The notes: generated by a model not told the origin, from the letters alone. A stretch of 64,000 nucleotides of DNA from Candidatus Bathyarchaeota archaeon (GCA_963832745.1 CAWHVC010000002.1:320001-384000); one strand, 5' to 3'. Numbered from the stretch's first letter, positions 9,671-20,027 are shown. Made by a program: numbers and translations.

Positions 9671-10777
9671 TTGAGCGACATAACCCGTAATAGTTCAAGC
9701 AGTACAGAAAACATTTACAAATCCCGTGCAAAACGCTGGAAACTAATTATAGCTGGGCTTATCGTTGCTCTTATTCTCACAGTGATTGTTTCTTTGAACA
9801 TTGGTTATGCACCAATTTCATACTCTGACATCTTAACTTATTTTGGTAGCAAAATACCTGGAATAAACGGTTTTATTGATGTAGCTTCTTTCTCACGCGA
9901 TCAACTAGCTGAGCAGTCAATAGTTATCGGTATTCGTTTACCCCGTATACTTTCTGCCCTGATAATTGGTGCTGCCCTTTCTGCTTCAGGCACGATTTTT
10001 CAAGGCGTTTTTAAGAATCCTATGGCAGACCCTTTTGTTTTGGGTGTGTCTGCTGGAGCTTCAGTGGGTGCTGGAGTTGCCATACTTTGGGGTGCAGGAA
10101 TAAGTTTTTTTGGTTTTCCTCTGGTACCCATAATAGCCTTCATATCGGCTCTCGCAACCATTTTCTTTGTATATAACATTTCACGAGTAGGTTCAAGAGT
10201 TCCAGTAATGTCTCTGCTTCTTACTGGTATTGCTGTAAGTATTTTCCTCTCTGCAGTATTCCAAACTATGCAGTTTCTGACGACAGATCATAAACTTAGC
10301 CAACTTGTGAATTGGCAAATCGGCACAATAACAAACATTGGCTGGACAAACTGGTGGGCCAGCCTTCCATTCATTATAACAGGCACCGTGTTGTCATATT
10401 TTTACGCTCGAGACCTAAACATGATTTCCCTTGGCGAAGATACAGCCCAACATTTAGGCGTAAACACAGAGAGAACAAAAAAGATTCTTTTAGCGCTTGC
10501 TTCAATGATGACCGCTGCGGCAGTTTCTATCAGTGGATTAATTGGTTTTGTAGGGTTGATGATTCCACACATAACAAGACTCCTCGTAGGTCCAGACCAC
10601 CGTTTACTTATACCTGCATCAGTTATTGTCGGCTCAATCTATCTGATTTTATGTGATGACCTTGCAAGAGTAATTAGTGGTCAAACAGAATTACCTGTTG
10701 GAATAATAACGGCCCTTGCGGGCGGGCCTTTCTTAATTTTCCTTCTCCGCAGAAGCAAACAACAATACAGGATGTAG
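9671..10777 (+). CDS. btuC: FecCD/BtuC-family ABC permease
   Basis: RLPRIL, FKNPMADPFVLGVSAGA, GLIGFVGLMIPH, ELPVGIITA motifs. Confidence 0.85.
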   Translation: MSDITRNSSSSTENIYKSRAKRWKLIIAGLIVALILTVIVSLNIGYAPISYSDILTYFGSKIPGINGFIDVASFSRDQLAEQSIVIGIRLPRILSALIIGAALSASGTIFQGVFKNPMADPFVLGVSAGASVGAGVAILWGAGISFFGFPLVPIIAFISALATIFFVYNISRVGSRVPVMSLLLTGIAVSIFLSAVFQTMQFLTTDHKLSQLVNWQIGTITNIGWTNWWASLPFIITGTVLSYFYARDLNMISLGEDTAQHLGVNTERTKKILLALASMMTAAAVSISGLIGFVGLMIPHITRLLVGPDHRLLIPASVIVGSIYLILCDDLARVISGQTELPVGIITALAGGPFLIFLLRRSKQQYRM

Positions 10778-10787
10778 AAGGAAAAAA

Positions 10788-12035
10788 ATGGTTACATTAA
10801 ACGTTAATGGCGTAGAATGTCGTTATGGCTCTGTTAAAGTACTATCCGACATTACTTTAGAAGTAAAACCCGGTTGCTTCCTTGGTATTTTAGGTCCAAA
10901 CGGTTCAGGAAAATCGACGCTTCTAAAAAGTTTAAGTAGAGTACTCAAGCCACATTGCGGTTCAATCTTAATTGATGACGAAGACATTTATTCATTGAAA
11001 CCCAAGGAACTGGCTAAAAAGATGGCGGTAGTTCCACAGTTCAGTAATGTTGGGTTTAACTTTTCAGTGATGGATGTTGTCTTAATGGGGCGCAATCCAC
11101 ACATGGGCGATTTTCAGATGGAAACCGCAAAAGATGTGGAAATTGCCCGTAAAGCAATGGAGTTAACCAACACTTGGACCTTTGCAAACAGACCGATTAA
11201 TGAGTTGAGTGGTGGTGAAGCTCAACGTGTAATTATTGCACGTGCAATTGCGCAGGAACCCAAAATCCTTCTTCTTGATGAACCTATAAGCCACCTAGAC
11301 ATAATTAACCAAATTGAAATAATGGACCTGGTAAAGAACCTGTGTATTAAGAACGGTTTAGCTGTACTAGCGGTTATTCATGACCTTAACATAGCAAGCC
11401 GTTACTGTGACATGATTATGATGCTTAAAGACAGCAAAGTTTTCGCTCTCGGCTCAGTGGAAGAGGTTATGACAAGCGCGAATATCCAAAGCGTTTTCGG
11501 AATTGACGCAATGGTGCGCAAAAACTTGGTTACTAGCTGTCCTTATGTAATTCCGCTTTCTCCTAGGAAGCCCTGTATAGGAAAGAATTGTACTGTTCAC
11601 TTAATTTGCGGCGCCGGAACCGGAACACCGCTAATAAAAACGTTTGTTGATAAAGGCTATAATGTTTCATCCGGCGTTTTGAACGTTGCAGACACTGACC
11701 TTGAAACCTGTGAATTATTAAAGGTAAACTCAATTTCTGACCCACCTTTTTCAGCCATAACTGACCAGTCTTATCAAGCAAACTTGGAAATGGTCAAAAA
11801 CGCAAACATTGTAATTTTAACCGATGTCCCGTTTGGTTTGGGCAACCTTAAAAATTTAAACGCTGCAATAGAAGCAGCAAAATGTGGCATACCAACGTAC
11901 GTTATCGATGAGAGCCCAATAGAAATTCGTGACTACACTGGAGGAAAAGCAGCCTGTTTAATGCAGCAACTCAGGGAATGCGGTGCAATATTTGTTAAAA
12001 GTCAAGCAGAGCTTTTTTCGTTGCTAAAGGACTAG
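10788..12035 (+). CDS. btuD: BtuD/FecE-type ABC ATPase with archaeal C-terminal extension
   Basis: GPNGSGKS, LSGGE, LLLDEP; extra domain of about 150 aa beginning VHLICGAGTG. Confidence 0.8.
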   Translation: MVTLNVNGVECRYGSVKVLSDITLEVKPGCFLGILGPNGSGKSTLLKSLSRVLKPHCGSILIDDEDIYSLKPKELAKKMAVVPQFSNVGFNFSVMDVVLMGRNPHMGDFQMETAKDVEIARKAMELTNTWTFANRPINELSGGEAQRVIIARAIAQEPKILLLDEPISHLDIINQIEIMDLVKNLCIKNGLAVLAVIHDLNIASRYCDMIMMLKDSKVFALGSVEEVMTSANIQSVFGIDAMVRKNLVTSCPYVIPLSPRKPCIGKNCTVHLICGAGTGTPLIKTFVDKGYNVSSGVLNVADTDLETCELLKVNSISDPPFSAITDQSYQANLEMVKNANIVILTDVPFGLGNLKNLNAAIEAAKCGIPTYVIDESPIEIRDYTGGKAACLMQQLRECGAIFVKSQAELFSLLKD

Positions 12036-12095
12036 TTTTTTGCATCATTTTTTGTTTTTGCAAGGGCTGAGCTGATTTTTTAAAAATGGGGTTGG

Positions 12096-14285
12096 TTAAA
12101 GGTCGTTTTGGTTTAACTCTTTTTTGAGGGCTTCGAAGCTTTCTTGGATTCGCGTAATTAATTCATGATCATCATTTGGGTTAAGTCCAATATATTTTGA
12201 CTTGTTGTATTCACCGTTATAGGTCAAGATGTCTTCAATAGACTGTCTTTTTTCGTAAATTTCTTTGATTTTTTGTGTTTCAACATCATTTTCGTTTGTT
12301 GATAAAAGCGCGTACATGATTGCGCATGCGGCTCCAAACTCTAAGCCTTTGGTGGTTAAACCATGTTTTTGAGAAAGATGAATCGCGCCAATTACTCTTT
12401 CGCCAGCTTGAAGTTTTCTCATTGGGTCTCTTCCAACTCTGGAACATGCGTCTTTAAATGAGGCGCGGCAACGTTTAAGAAAACTTTGGGCGAAAGAGTT
12501 TATGTACTGTTTAGAATTCGGATTTTCTATAAGTAAAGCCGGCTTGAGTTCGTTTTTAATTATTTTTTCCGCAAGTTTTGAAACTCTGGAGTCACCCATT
12601 CCTTGTCCAACGGTTTTGTAGCCTAAAAGCGCCGAGTACCAAGCGATAATAGCGTGAGGACCATTTGATAATTTATTTTTTATTTCCTGCATTGATTTTA
12701 TGTCTTCAACAATTACTACTTGTCTTAACCGTTCTAAAATTGGGCTGCCTTTGCTGGCGTAAATCGGCATGTCTGGTTCACTGCTAAACAACGTAACATT
12801 AAGTTTTGATAATTCATCGGCAAACTGTGTTACACACGAAATGTTGCCTGCAATGTTTATGGTTTCATAAACTGTTTTCTTCTCAGTTTCGGCAGACCAC
12901 TTTTGTTTAGGTTTAGCGTTAATCTCCGAAAAATACGCTTGAGACATCTCTATGATTTCTTTCATTTTTCCAGAGTAATCCAAAATGCTCTTATGCATCT
13001 TGCGTAACTCATTCTGAATGTTTGAAATGATTGCTTCATCGGGTAATCTTGAAACCATACGGTTAACAACGGTTTCAGTGAAAAACGTGGCTCTCACTAT
13101 TTCTTTGGCGCGGTCTTCCCCAACTAACTGTTTAGCAGCGTTTTCTACATGAGTTCTAACGTATCTTGCAGAATTTATCTTGTTCATTACGATTAGTAAG
13201 GTGAGGCCTTCACCGTTACTGTTGTATCTTTCAATTAGTCCTTTTGCTATCAGTTTGGCCTGAGATTTTATTGCTTGTTCCGGAAGAGCTAAACCGATTA
13301 TATGCGCCTTCTTGTACATATCGATTACTTGAGGCTCATCAGCCATATCTATAATTGTCACATTTGAAATTGTTTGAAAATACGCCAAGCTTTCATATTT
13401 TACCTTGTACTTGCCTAAAGCATTTATCAGTTGACCAATTAAATCGTCATTTGTTACCCCAATAATTTTTCTCGGTTTAGTATATCCATCCCAGTGACAG
13501 AAAATCTGTGCAAGATAACCACCGCCTATTGCGCCAAACCCGTGAATGCCTGCAATAGTATAGCCTGTGCTTTGCGGAAAATGCTCGTTAAGACTAGGCA
13601 TAGGCATTTTAGGCATTTGTGCAATTAGTTCATCCAGAAAATCGGTCATTTTATCATATGCCCTGAAAGCAAGCGCTTTAACTTCTGGAGCAAGTTCTTT
13701 TATGTCTTTAAAGAAGATGGGCATTCCGCCTGCGGCGCTGGCTGCTAAAAGGCCGTTATGGGAGTCTTCAAAAATGAAGCAGTTGCCCAGTTCACAATTG
13801 AGTTCGCTTGCTGCTTTTAGGAATATTTCTGGGTTGGGTTTTCCTTTTTCTACTTCGTCTCCGCATACTATTACGTCAAAAAAACGTAGTACTCTTGCGT
13901 TAAGAAGGTATTCTTCGGCTATTTCTCTTCTGCTTGATGTAGCCAAAGCAAGAAGAACGCCGTTTTTCTTTAAACGTTCAAGTAAATTGTAAAGACCTTT
14001 TTTTACGGGGATTCCGTGTTCCCTAACGTAGCTTCTTTCAAGCTCGTCGGCTTTTTCTCTTATTTTTTTATACGGGTAATCTTGGCCGTAGCATTCTTTT
14101 GCAAGTTTTTCAGCTGTTACAGCACTTACTCCAAGAGAGTCGTAAAGTATTTTGTCTGAGATTTCGGTTCCGAAAATTTCTTTTGACGCCTGTTTAATCA
14201 TTTTGAACCGTAGTCTTTCTGTGTCAAACATGGTTCCATCCATGTCAAATATGGCGCCCTCCACTGTTTTATTCTGAAAAATCAT
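12096..14285 (-). CDS. mtlD: Bifunctional HAD phosphatase / mannitol-1-phosphate dehydrogenase (Acinetobacter MtlD type)
   Basis: N-terminal HAD (FDMDGT, ATSS, GKPNP, FEDS); central GIHGFGAIGGGY Rossmann motif; VVNRMV, KNKLSNGPHA, RVGRDPMRKL. Confidence 0.85.
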   Translation of the reverse strand: MIFQNKTVEGAIFDMDGTMFDTERLRFKMIKQASKEIFGTEISDKILYDSLGVSAVTAEKLAKECYGQDYPYKKIREKADELERSYVREHGIPVKKGLYNLLERLKKNGVLLALATSSRREIAEEYLLNARVLRFFDVIVCGDEVEKGKPNPEIFLKAASELNCELGNCFIFEDSHNGLLAASAAGGMPIFFKDIKELAPEVKALAFRAYDKMTDFLDELIAQMPKMPMPSLNEHFPQSTGYTIAGIHGFGAIGGGYLAQIFCHWDGYTKPRKIIGVTNDDLIGQLINALGKYKVKYESLAYFQTISNVTIIDMADEPQVIDMYKKAHIIGLALPEQAIKSQAKLIAKGLIERYNSNGEGLTLLIVMNKINSARYVRTHVENAAKQLVGEDRAKEIVRATFFTETVVNRMVSRLPDEAIISNIQNELRKMHKSILDYSGKMKEIIEMSQAYFSEINAKPKQKWSAETEKKTVYETINIAGNISCVTQFADELSKLNVTLFSSEPDMPIYASKGSPILERLRQVVIVEDIKSMQEIKNKLSNGPHAIIAWYSALLGYKTVGQGMGDSRVSKLAEKIIKNELKPALLIENPNSKQYINSFAQSFLKRCRASFKDACSRVGRDPMRKLQAGERVIGAIHLSQKHGLTTKGLEFGAACAIMYALLSTNENDVETQKIKEIYEKRQSIEDILTYNGEYNKSKYIGLNPNDDHELITRIQESFEALKKELNQNDL

Positions 14286-14676
14286 TTTTCACTCTCTCAG
14301 TTACTTTTCGGTTAATGTGTAAGCACATCTTATTAACTTTTTTACGAAAAATTCTTACTATTATAAATTAGTGCTTTTACGTAAATTTTTGTATTATATT
14401 CAGTAAAACATTAAAAAATGTTAATTTCAAAATTAATATTTGGTTAATATTGAATTAACGTTAACGCTTCCAAAAAGTTTGCTTGAATGTTCCTATTTAA
14501 CGAGTGACTAAACTTCGAAGCACCGTTTGGCCTCTTTTTTAGAAAAATATTGTTTTTAGTACTCAATCAATTTCGGGTACAAAAAAGCGTTCGTAACCAC
14601 TATGCTAAAATATAGTTGCGCCTAAGAAGTTCTTTGCCCTTCTATAGATAATGGGCTTGTGGGGGAATAATCCGAA

Positions 14677-15807
14677 TTGAGTTCCGAAAAAATAGTTGTT
14701 CGTGGGCTTCGAAACGTCCATGCAGCAGAAACAAAAATCAGCTTCGTAGATCCAAACGGTGCACTATACTACTTAGGATACAATATTGATGACTTAGTGG
14801 AACGGGTTTGCTATGAAGAAGTCGCGTATTTGTTAATTAATAAAAAGTTGCCTACTAAGCAAGAGTTAGATGATTTCAAGTCACTTCTTGTATACGAAAT
14901 GACTTTGCCAGAATTAACTTTAAGGAGCCTAGAGTCAACTCCAAAACACTGTCACCCAATGGAGGTTTTGCGGACAGAATTTTCTCGGCTGAGCCAATTC
15001 GATGAGGATAACAAAGACAATTCAGAGCAAACAAACAAAAAACGAGCAATAAAATTAACTGCAAAATTTCCAACACTAGTTGCCGCTATCTATAGAGTAC
15101 GCAATAACAAACAGCCTCTTGTTCCCCAAACTGACTTTGGCGTTGCTGAAAACTTCCTTTACATGTTCCGAGGAATAAAAGCTGATGCCGACGAAAAAAA
15201 GGCAATTGACCGCTTTATGACTCTTCATGCTGACCATGGTTTCAACGCGTCTACATTTGCTGCTCGAGTGACAGCAAGCACTAACTCCGACATTTACTCA
15301 GCTGTAACCTCTGCTATTGGAGCTCTTAAAGGTCCACTTCACGGTGGTGCTAGCGAGAAGGTGATGTATATGCTTGATGACATTAACACCGAGGAAGAAG
15401 TTGAGGATTACATCCAAGGAATGCTTGATGATCAGAAAAAAATTATGGGCTTTGGTCACCGCATATACATAACAGAGGATCCTAGGACAAAGCATCTTAG
15501 AGGTATAGCTGAAGAATTATGCAGAAACAAGAACACGTTAAAGATTTACAATTTATCTAAAAAAATAGAAAACGTTGTTCATGAAAAGAAGAAGATTTTC
15601 CCTAACGTGGACTTTTATGCTGCTGTAACTCTTAATACACTTGGTATTCCATCAGAGTTTTTTACGCCTTTCTTTGCGTCAAGCAGAATATCAGGTTGGA
15701 CTGCTCACGTATTGGAGCAGTATGAAGATGCTGTACTGTTGCGACCTTCAACAAAATATGTGGGTGAATTTGGTATACCTTTTGTACCAATTGAAGACCG
15801 CACATAA
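14677..15807 (+). CDS. gltA: Citrate synthase (Si-type, citrate/2-methylcitrate synthase family)
   Basis: HADHGFNAST, GPLHGGA, MGFGHR, PNVDF, LRP motifs. Confidence 0.9.
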   Translation: MSSEKIVVRGLRNVHAAETKISFVDPNGALYYLGYNIDDLVERVCYEEVAYLLINKKLPTKQELDDFKSLLVYEMTLPELTLRSLESTPKHCHPMEVLRTEFSRLSQFDEDNKDNSEQTNKKRAIKLTAKFPTLVAAIYRVRNNKQPLVPQTDFGVAENFLYMFRGIKADADEKKAIDRFMTLHADHGFNASTFAARVTASTNSDIYSAVTSAIGALKGPLHGGASEKVMYMLDDINTEEEVEDYIQGMLDDQKKIMGFGHRIYITEDPRTKHLRGIAEELCRNKNTLKIYNLSKKIENVVHEKKKIFPNVDFYAAVTLNTLGIPSEFFTPFFASSRISGWTAHVLEQYEDAVLLRPSTKYVGEFGIPFVPIEDRT

Positions 15808-15864
15808 ATGCTTCTTTTCTTCTTTGTAATTACTTTCTAACTGATTTTTAGGCTTGTAACGTTT

Positions 15865-16149
15865 TCATTTGGATTCGTAAATCTCGGTGTTATCGCCTAA
15901 TTCCTTCATGCTCCTTCCAAGTAGTATCACGTCGCCAACTGAAGTAATCAACGTCACAGGAATGGATACAATTGAACTCTTAAAACGCTTTTTAAACCCC
16001 AGGTCTTCAGACGCTTTGCTGGAAAGTTTCACCTGCAAATGAGTGACCTGCCACTTGTTGGCGTCAATTTCTGCGCTTTTTACTTCCCCAATAACAAGTC
16101 CATCAGAACTAATAACGTTCAATCCACTAAGCGAATCGACACTAATCAA
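15865..16149 (-). CDS. PRC-barrel domain protein
   Basis: GLNVISSDG..IGEV...ITSVGDVILL; TTG start at 16149 preceded by GGTGA (the ORF track over-extends it). Confidence 0.8.
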   Translation of the reverse strand: MISVDSLSGLNVISSDGLVIGEVKSAEIDANKWQVTHLQVKLSSKASEDLGFKKRFKSSIVSIPVTLITSVGDVILLGRSMKELGDNTEIYESK

Positions 16150-16276
16150 AAAATCACCAAAATAACACCTCTCGCCGCAAAATATAACGGTTTTGATAAA
16201 ACAAAATATTGTAAAACTTAGATAAAGAAACCGAAAAAGCCGTAAATATGCAAACAAGAGTGTGCCTGATTGGTTT

Positions 16277-17089
16277 CTAACCCATTTTTTTGGTGCCTGT
16301 GAAGTTAGAGGCTTTTTCGGCATTAAATCTTAGGCTGACTTTTTGCCCTGACGAGTATATCGAGTAGCTTGCTTGTCCAGTGCAGATTCTTCGCGCGCGT
16401 TCTCCGTCTTTGATTACAAAACCTGACAAGTCATTAACACCAAACTGTGTTAAGACAGGTGCTAAGGGTGTGCTGGGGCCAACCAAAACAACGTATGCCT
16501 GCTTTGAAAGTTCAAGAAAACGCGGTAGAGACTTGTCAATCAGCGAACCGCACGTGATAAGAACGTATTCACATTCTGGCAGTATATATTCAGCGGCGCT
16601 GTATGGGTAATCGTCTTCTTCAGGCCACCGAGATAGAACCGAAAGGTCACAAACAGGCCGAAACAACTGTTCAACATAAGGAAAATGCTCAATTATGCCC
16701 ACCTTTTTGTCTCGTATAACCTTCTGATAGGTGATAAAGGGGTCGTAGACCCGGTCTTCAGCGAATCGGCTGTTAGAAACGTTAACGCCATTTTTTCTGG
16801 CAACCTCTGCTGAATTATAGTAAGCGTTAATGGCTGCGTTGGCGATGCCTGCTTCAACGTAATTCCAAGATTTGATGCCTTCAGCAAGCTTCTTAAGCGG
16901 CATACCAACTGTTTTTTCAATTAATGTGGCGTGGCGTGTGTCGTCTGTTAGTACGCTGCCAAAACCGTGCCCTTCACCGGACCGTACATAAGCGTGGTAT
17001 GGACCGCAAACAATTTCGTCAGCGGTACACGATTCAGGTATTGCATCGATTAAAGTGTCATATAGTCGCCATTTACTTGAATTAAGCAT
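16277..17089 (-). CDS. DUF4213/DUF364 (putative heavy-metal chelation, Rossmann-like) protein
   Basis: SWNYVEAGIANAAINAYYN; ITCGSLIDKSLPRFLEL; LVGPSTP. Confidence 0.75.
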   Translation of the reverse strand: MLNSSKWRLYDTLIDAIPESCTADEIVCGPYHAYVRSGEGHGFGSVLTDDTRHATLIEKTVGMPLKKLAEGIKSWNYVEAGIANAAINAYYNSAEVARKNGVNVSNSRFAEDRVYDPFITYQKVIRDKKVGIIEHFPYVEQLFRPVCDLSVLSRWPEEDDYPYSAAEYILPECEYVLITCGSLIDKSLPRFLELSKQAYVVLVGPSTPLAPVLTQFGVNDLSGFVIKDGERARRICTGQASYSIYSSGQKVSLRFNAEKASNFTGTKKMG

Positions 17090-18110
17090 TTTTGATATCC
17101 TCCAAATCTTTCAGAACAATTACGTTGCCCCGGCGCAGGTCATTTCGAATATTCTGAAGTACGTTATCCATAAATTCGATTAATGTAAGATTTTTTTGCT
17201 CATCCTTAGAGGTTTCAATTACTTTGTGGATTCCCCCGTTTTTTATAACAATGCGTTTGTCAGCGTTCAACGCTAAAAGCGGGTCATGAGTGGAGATAAG
17301 CACGATTTTTTCTTTCTTTGCCAACAGACGGATAGCCTGTTTTCGGTCTACACCAGCGTTTTCAATTTCATCAATCAAAACAATCGGCGACGCGCTAATG
17401 TAGGCGGTGCCTGCAATCATCAAGGCTCTTGATTGACCTCCCGAGAGTTGAGTAACTTTGGTTGTCAAAGTAAAAGCTTCACCTGCCAACTCGTTTGCAC
17501 AGTCAAAGCATTGCTTGATTGTTTCTTGGGGATTTTTGCATAAGCGGCTTTTAGCGTGCATTTCTAGAAACTCGCCCACTGTTAGGTCCATAACGAAATT
17601 CATGTTTTGAGATAGTTGAGCGACAAGTTTGCTGCCCATTGAGAAGCGTTCTTCGTCGCTGAGCGTTTTTCCATTAATTAGTATTTGGCGTTTGGTTGGT
17701 GTGTCTTTTTGGGCGATGCATTCTATGTCGCTTAAGAGTTGGCTTTTTCCTGAACCTGTTGGGCCTACAATACTGATGACTTCTCCAGCGTTAATTGTCA
17801 GGGTGAGGTTTTCTGGGAAACCTATTTTGTTTTTTCCGCCAACAATTGTTATAGACTGCACTTTTTCGGTTTCTTCACAATTTTTTAGGATCGTTTCAAG
17901 GAATGACGTAAATTGTTCAACAAGTTCCATTCTTGAAAATCCAAACTCTAACAGTCGGTCTTCCTTAAGCTTTTCAAGCGCCGCTTCGATGGTTGTGTCT
18001 TTGGGCAAGTCTTGTAGGTTAAAATTGACTAAAAAATCGTTGGCAAGCGGATACAGCTCTACTATTTGATTGATTGTTTTACTTTCTATGAGCTGTTTAA
18101 TAGCCATCAT
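17082..18110 (-). CDS. ABC-type ATPase with extra N-terminal domain; no adjacent permease
   Basis: GPTGSGKS, LSGGQ, LIDEIENAG, STHDP. Confidence 0.8.
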   Translation of the reverse strand: MMAIKQLIESKTINQIVELYPLANDFLVNFNLQDLPKDTTIEAALEKLKEDRLLEFGFSRMELVEQFTSFLETILKNCEETEKVQSITIVGGKNKIGFPENLTLTINAGEVISIVGPTGSGKSQLLSDIECIAQKDTPTKRQILINGKTLSDEERFSMGSKLVAQLSQNMNFVMDLTVGEFLEMHAKSRLCKNPQETIKQCFDCANELAGEAFTLTTKVTQLSGGQSRALMIAGTAYISASPIVLIDEIENAGVDRKQAIRLLAKKEKIVLISTHDPLLALNADKRIVIKNGGIHKVIETSKDEQKNLTLIEFMDNVLQNIRNDLRRGNVIVLKDLEDIKNA

Positions 18111-18112
18111 TG

Positions 18113-18832
18113 CTATGCGAACTCTATTTTTTTAAGCATGCCCATTTGGTAGTTTTCGCCGATTCTTGTTTCCCCCGTGCAGTATGAACATATTGAAGCG
18201 GGAGTTGTGAAACGTAACCGCATGTTGCTTAGTGAGTTGACTTCATAAGCGTCAATGGCGTGTTTGCTTAGCAGAAAGGCGCCCTGCCCCGTTATTCCGT
18301 TTACAAATAGAATGCTGCCTTTGCTGTTAACTTGACGCACGTTAAAACTGAAAACTTCCCGTTCCGCTTGCGAAACAATATCACCCTTGGTAATTACTAC
18401 GACGTCGGCAAGTTTTAGCATAGGTCCTATTTTTCTTGGGGTTTGAATCCCTGATAGGTTATCTATAACACAGATGGCAAGCACACGGTTGATGTGTGGG
18501 GAGCAGCGGTTGCAGAGTCCTGCACTTTCACTTATGAGGATGTCTAAGCCTTCTTTTTGCCCCCAAGCTACGGCTTCTGCAATGTTGCTGATGAAGAAGT
18601 GATCGGGACACACTTTGCCTGAGAAACCTACTTGGACCGGGATTTTTGCTTCTTGATAGCGGATTTGGTCAAAACTAGTGAGGCAGTCGAATTTGACTAC
18701 GCCTATGCGGATGTTTTTTTCTTTTAGGCATGCGGCGAGTTGGAGGATGACTGAGGTTTTGCCTGAGGACGGGGGACCTGCGACTGTGATTAGTTTCATG
18801 GGTGGGTCTCCTTTTGGTTTGTGGGGTTCCAT
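18113..18832 (-). CDS. HypB/UreG/CobW-like (G3E) P-loop GTPase
   Basis: GPPSSGKT, CPDHF, ESAGLCNRC, TKGD, CSYC. Confidence 0.8.
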   Translation of the reverse strand: MEPHKPKGDPPMKLITVAGPPSSGKTSVILQLAACLKEKNIRIGVVKFDCLTSFDQIRYQEAKIPVQVGFSGKVCPDHFFISNIAEAVAWGQKEGLDILISESAGLCNRCSPHINRVLAICVIDNLSGIQTPRKIGPMLKLADVVVITKGDIVSQAEREVFSFNVRQVNSKGSILFVNGITGQGAFLLSKHAIDAYEVNSLSNMRLRFTTPASICSYCTGETRIGENYQMGMLKKIEFA

Positions 18833-19007
18833 TTTTCACGTGTAAAATGGACAAACGTCTGAGGATTTAAAATAAAATTTAACAATCGCATATGTGTCAT
18901 GCAAATACCTCAACGTTTATGCTAAAAAAAGGTAAAAAACTGAATATATAATCGTTTCGGGGAGAAAACTGCCATTTAATTACAAAAAACAAAAAAAAAG
19001 AAAAAAA

Positions 19008-19445
19008 TTAGATGCCTGGACCGGTCGGGTAACGTCCAAGCGCGTCCAGAATTTCCTCAGAAGTTGTCTTTTTGCCGATATTACGCACAAAATCTGAAGC
19101 AACCACAATGCCAACCAACTGGTTATTCTTCAAAACTGGCAGACGTCGTATCTTGTTTTTAGACATAACACGTGCGGCGTCCCTTAGTGAAGTGTCCGGA
19201 TCGACAGTTATGAGGGTTTTAGTCATCACTTCAGTAAGTTTCATGTCTGACGAAACACCCTTTGCCACGATTCGCCTTACTATGTCGCGTTCAGTGATTA
19301 TTCCAACTGGGTATCCTTTAATTACAACTGGCAGACAGCCTAAGCTTTTTTCAGCCATAAGCTTTGCAGCGTCAAAAACGCATTTGTCAGCGTCAATCGT
19401 AATAACATTCTTAGTCATGATGTCCTTAACTGATGGCATAAACAT
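19008..19445 (-). CDS. CBS-domain pair protein
   Basis: Two CBS repeats (VKDIMT...GIITERDI; EVMT...IRRLPV...GIVVASD). Confidence 0.9.
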   Translation of the reverse strand: MFMPSVKDIMTKNVITIDADKCVFDAAKLMAEKSLGCLPVVIKGYPVGIITERDIVRRIVAKGVSSDMKLTEVMTKTLITVDPDTSLRDAARVMSKNKIRRLPVLKNNQLVGIVVASDFVRNIGKKTTSEEILDALGRYPTGPGI

Positions 19446-19523
19446 TCACAGGTTAAGAAAAACCAACTACGGATAAAAGCGTTACCGTACCTGCTATTAT
19501 TATGAAAACTTCCCGTTTAGGAC

Positions 19524-20027
19524 TTATGCTGCTAACTCTCCTTTATCACTGGTAACCCCTGATTTTTTCTTTTGTAACAGTTTCCAGATGCTGTCACCGA
19601 TGAGAGCCCCAACAACGGTTAAAATAATGAAGGGTATCACGAAGTAGGTTGAAAGTGGTCCAATGATTAGTCTGGCGGCAAAGACTACTGAGAAGGCAGT
19701 AAATAGGCCTGAGGCAACTGCAAGTCGTATTCTGTGTATCTTAAGTAGCGTAATCTCAGTCTTTTGTGATGGCATGGGCAGCATCGTTTTGAAGCCTGTT
19801 TTGTCGATAATAATACGTACCACCAAAACAGTGGCAAGATATATAATTGGCCAGAAAATGCCCAAGTAATCAGTTGCTTGAATTACCAAGTAGAAAATGG
19901 GGACAATTAGCAGTGCCATAATTGCTATCAGGGCTATCATTAACGTTCGGCTAGGTTGAACATTAATTCTAAGAGAATCTGTTGGAAACCAGCCTCGAAT
20001 TCTATTTGCTAAACTTTTTCTACTCAA
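19524..20027 (-). CDS. Membrane protein (about 4 TM) with N-terminal RIRGWFPTD motif
   Basis: TTG at 20027 overlaps the upstream TGA (TTGA), giving MSRKSLANRIRGWFPTDS; the ORF track over-extends to 20213. Confidence 0.75.
   Translation of the reverse strand: MSRKSLANRIRGWFPTDSLRINVQPSRTLMIALIAIMALLIVPIFYLVIQATDYLGIFWPIIYLATVLVVRIIIDKTGFKTMLPMPSQKTEITLLKIHRIRLAVASGLFTAFSVVFAARLIIGPLSTYFVIPFIILTVVGALIGDSIWKLLQKKKSGVTSDKGELAA

Noticed and set aside
14286-14676. Palindromes such as TTTACGTAAA and repeated TTAATATT between mtlD and gltA
   Set aside because: Expected by chance in very AT-rich DNA; no consistent motif
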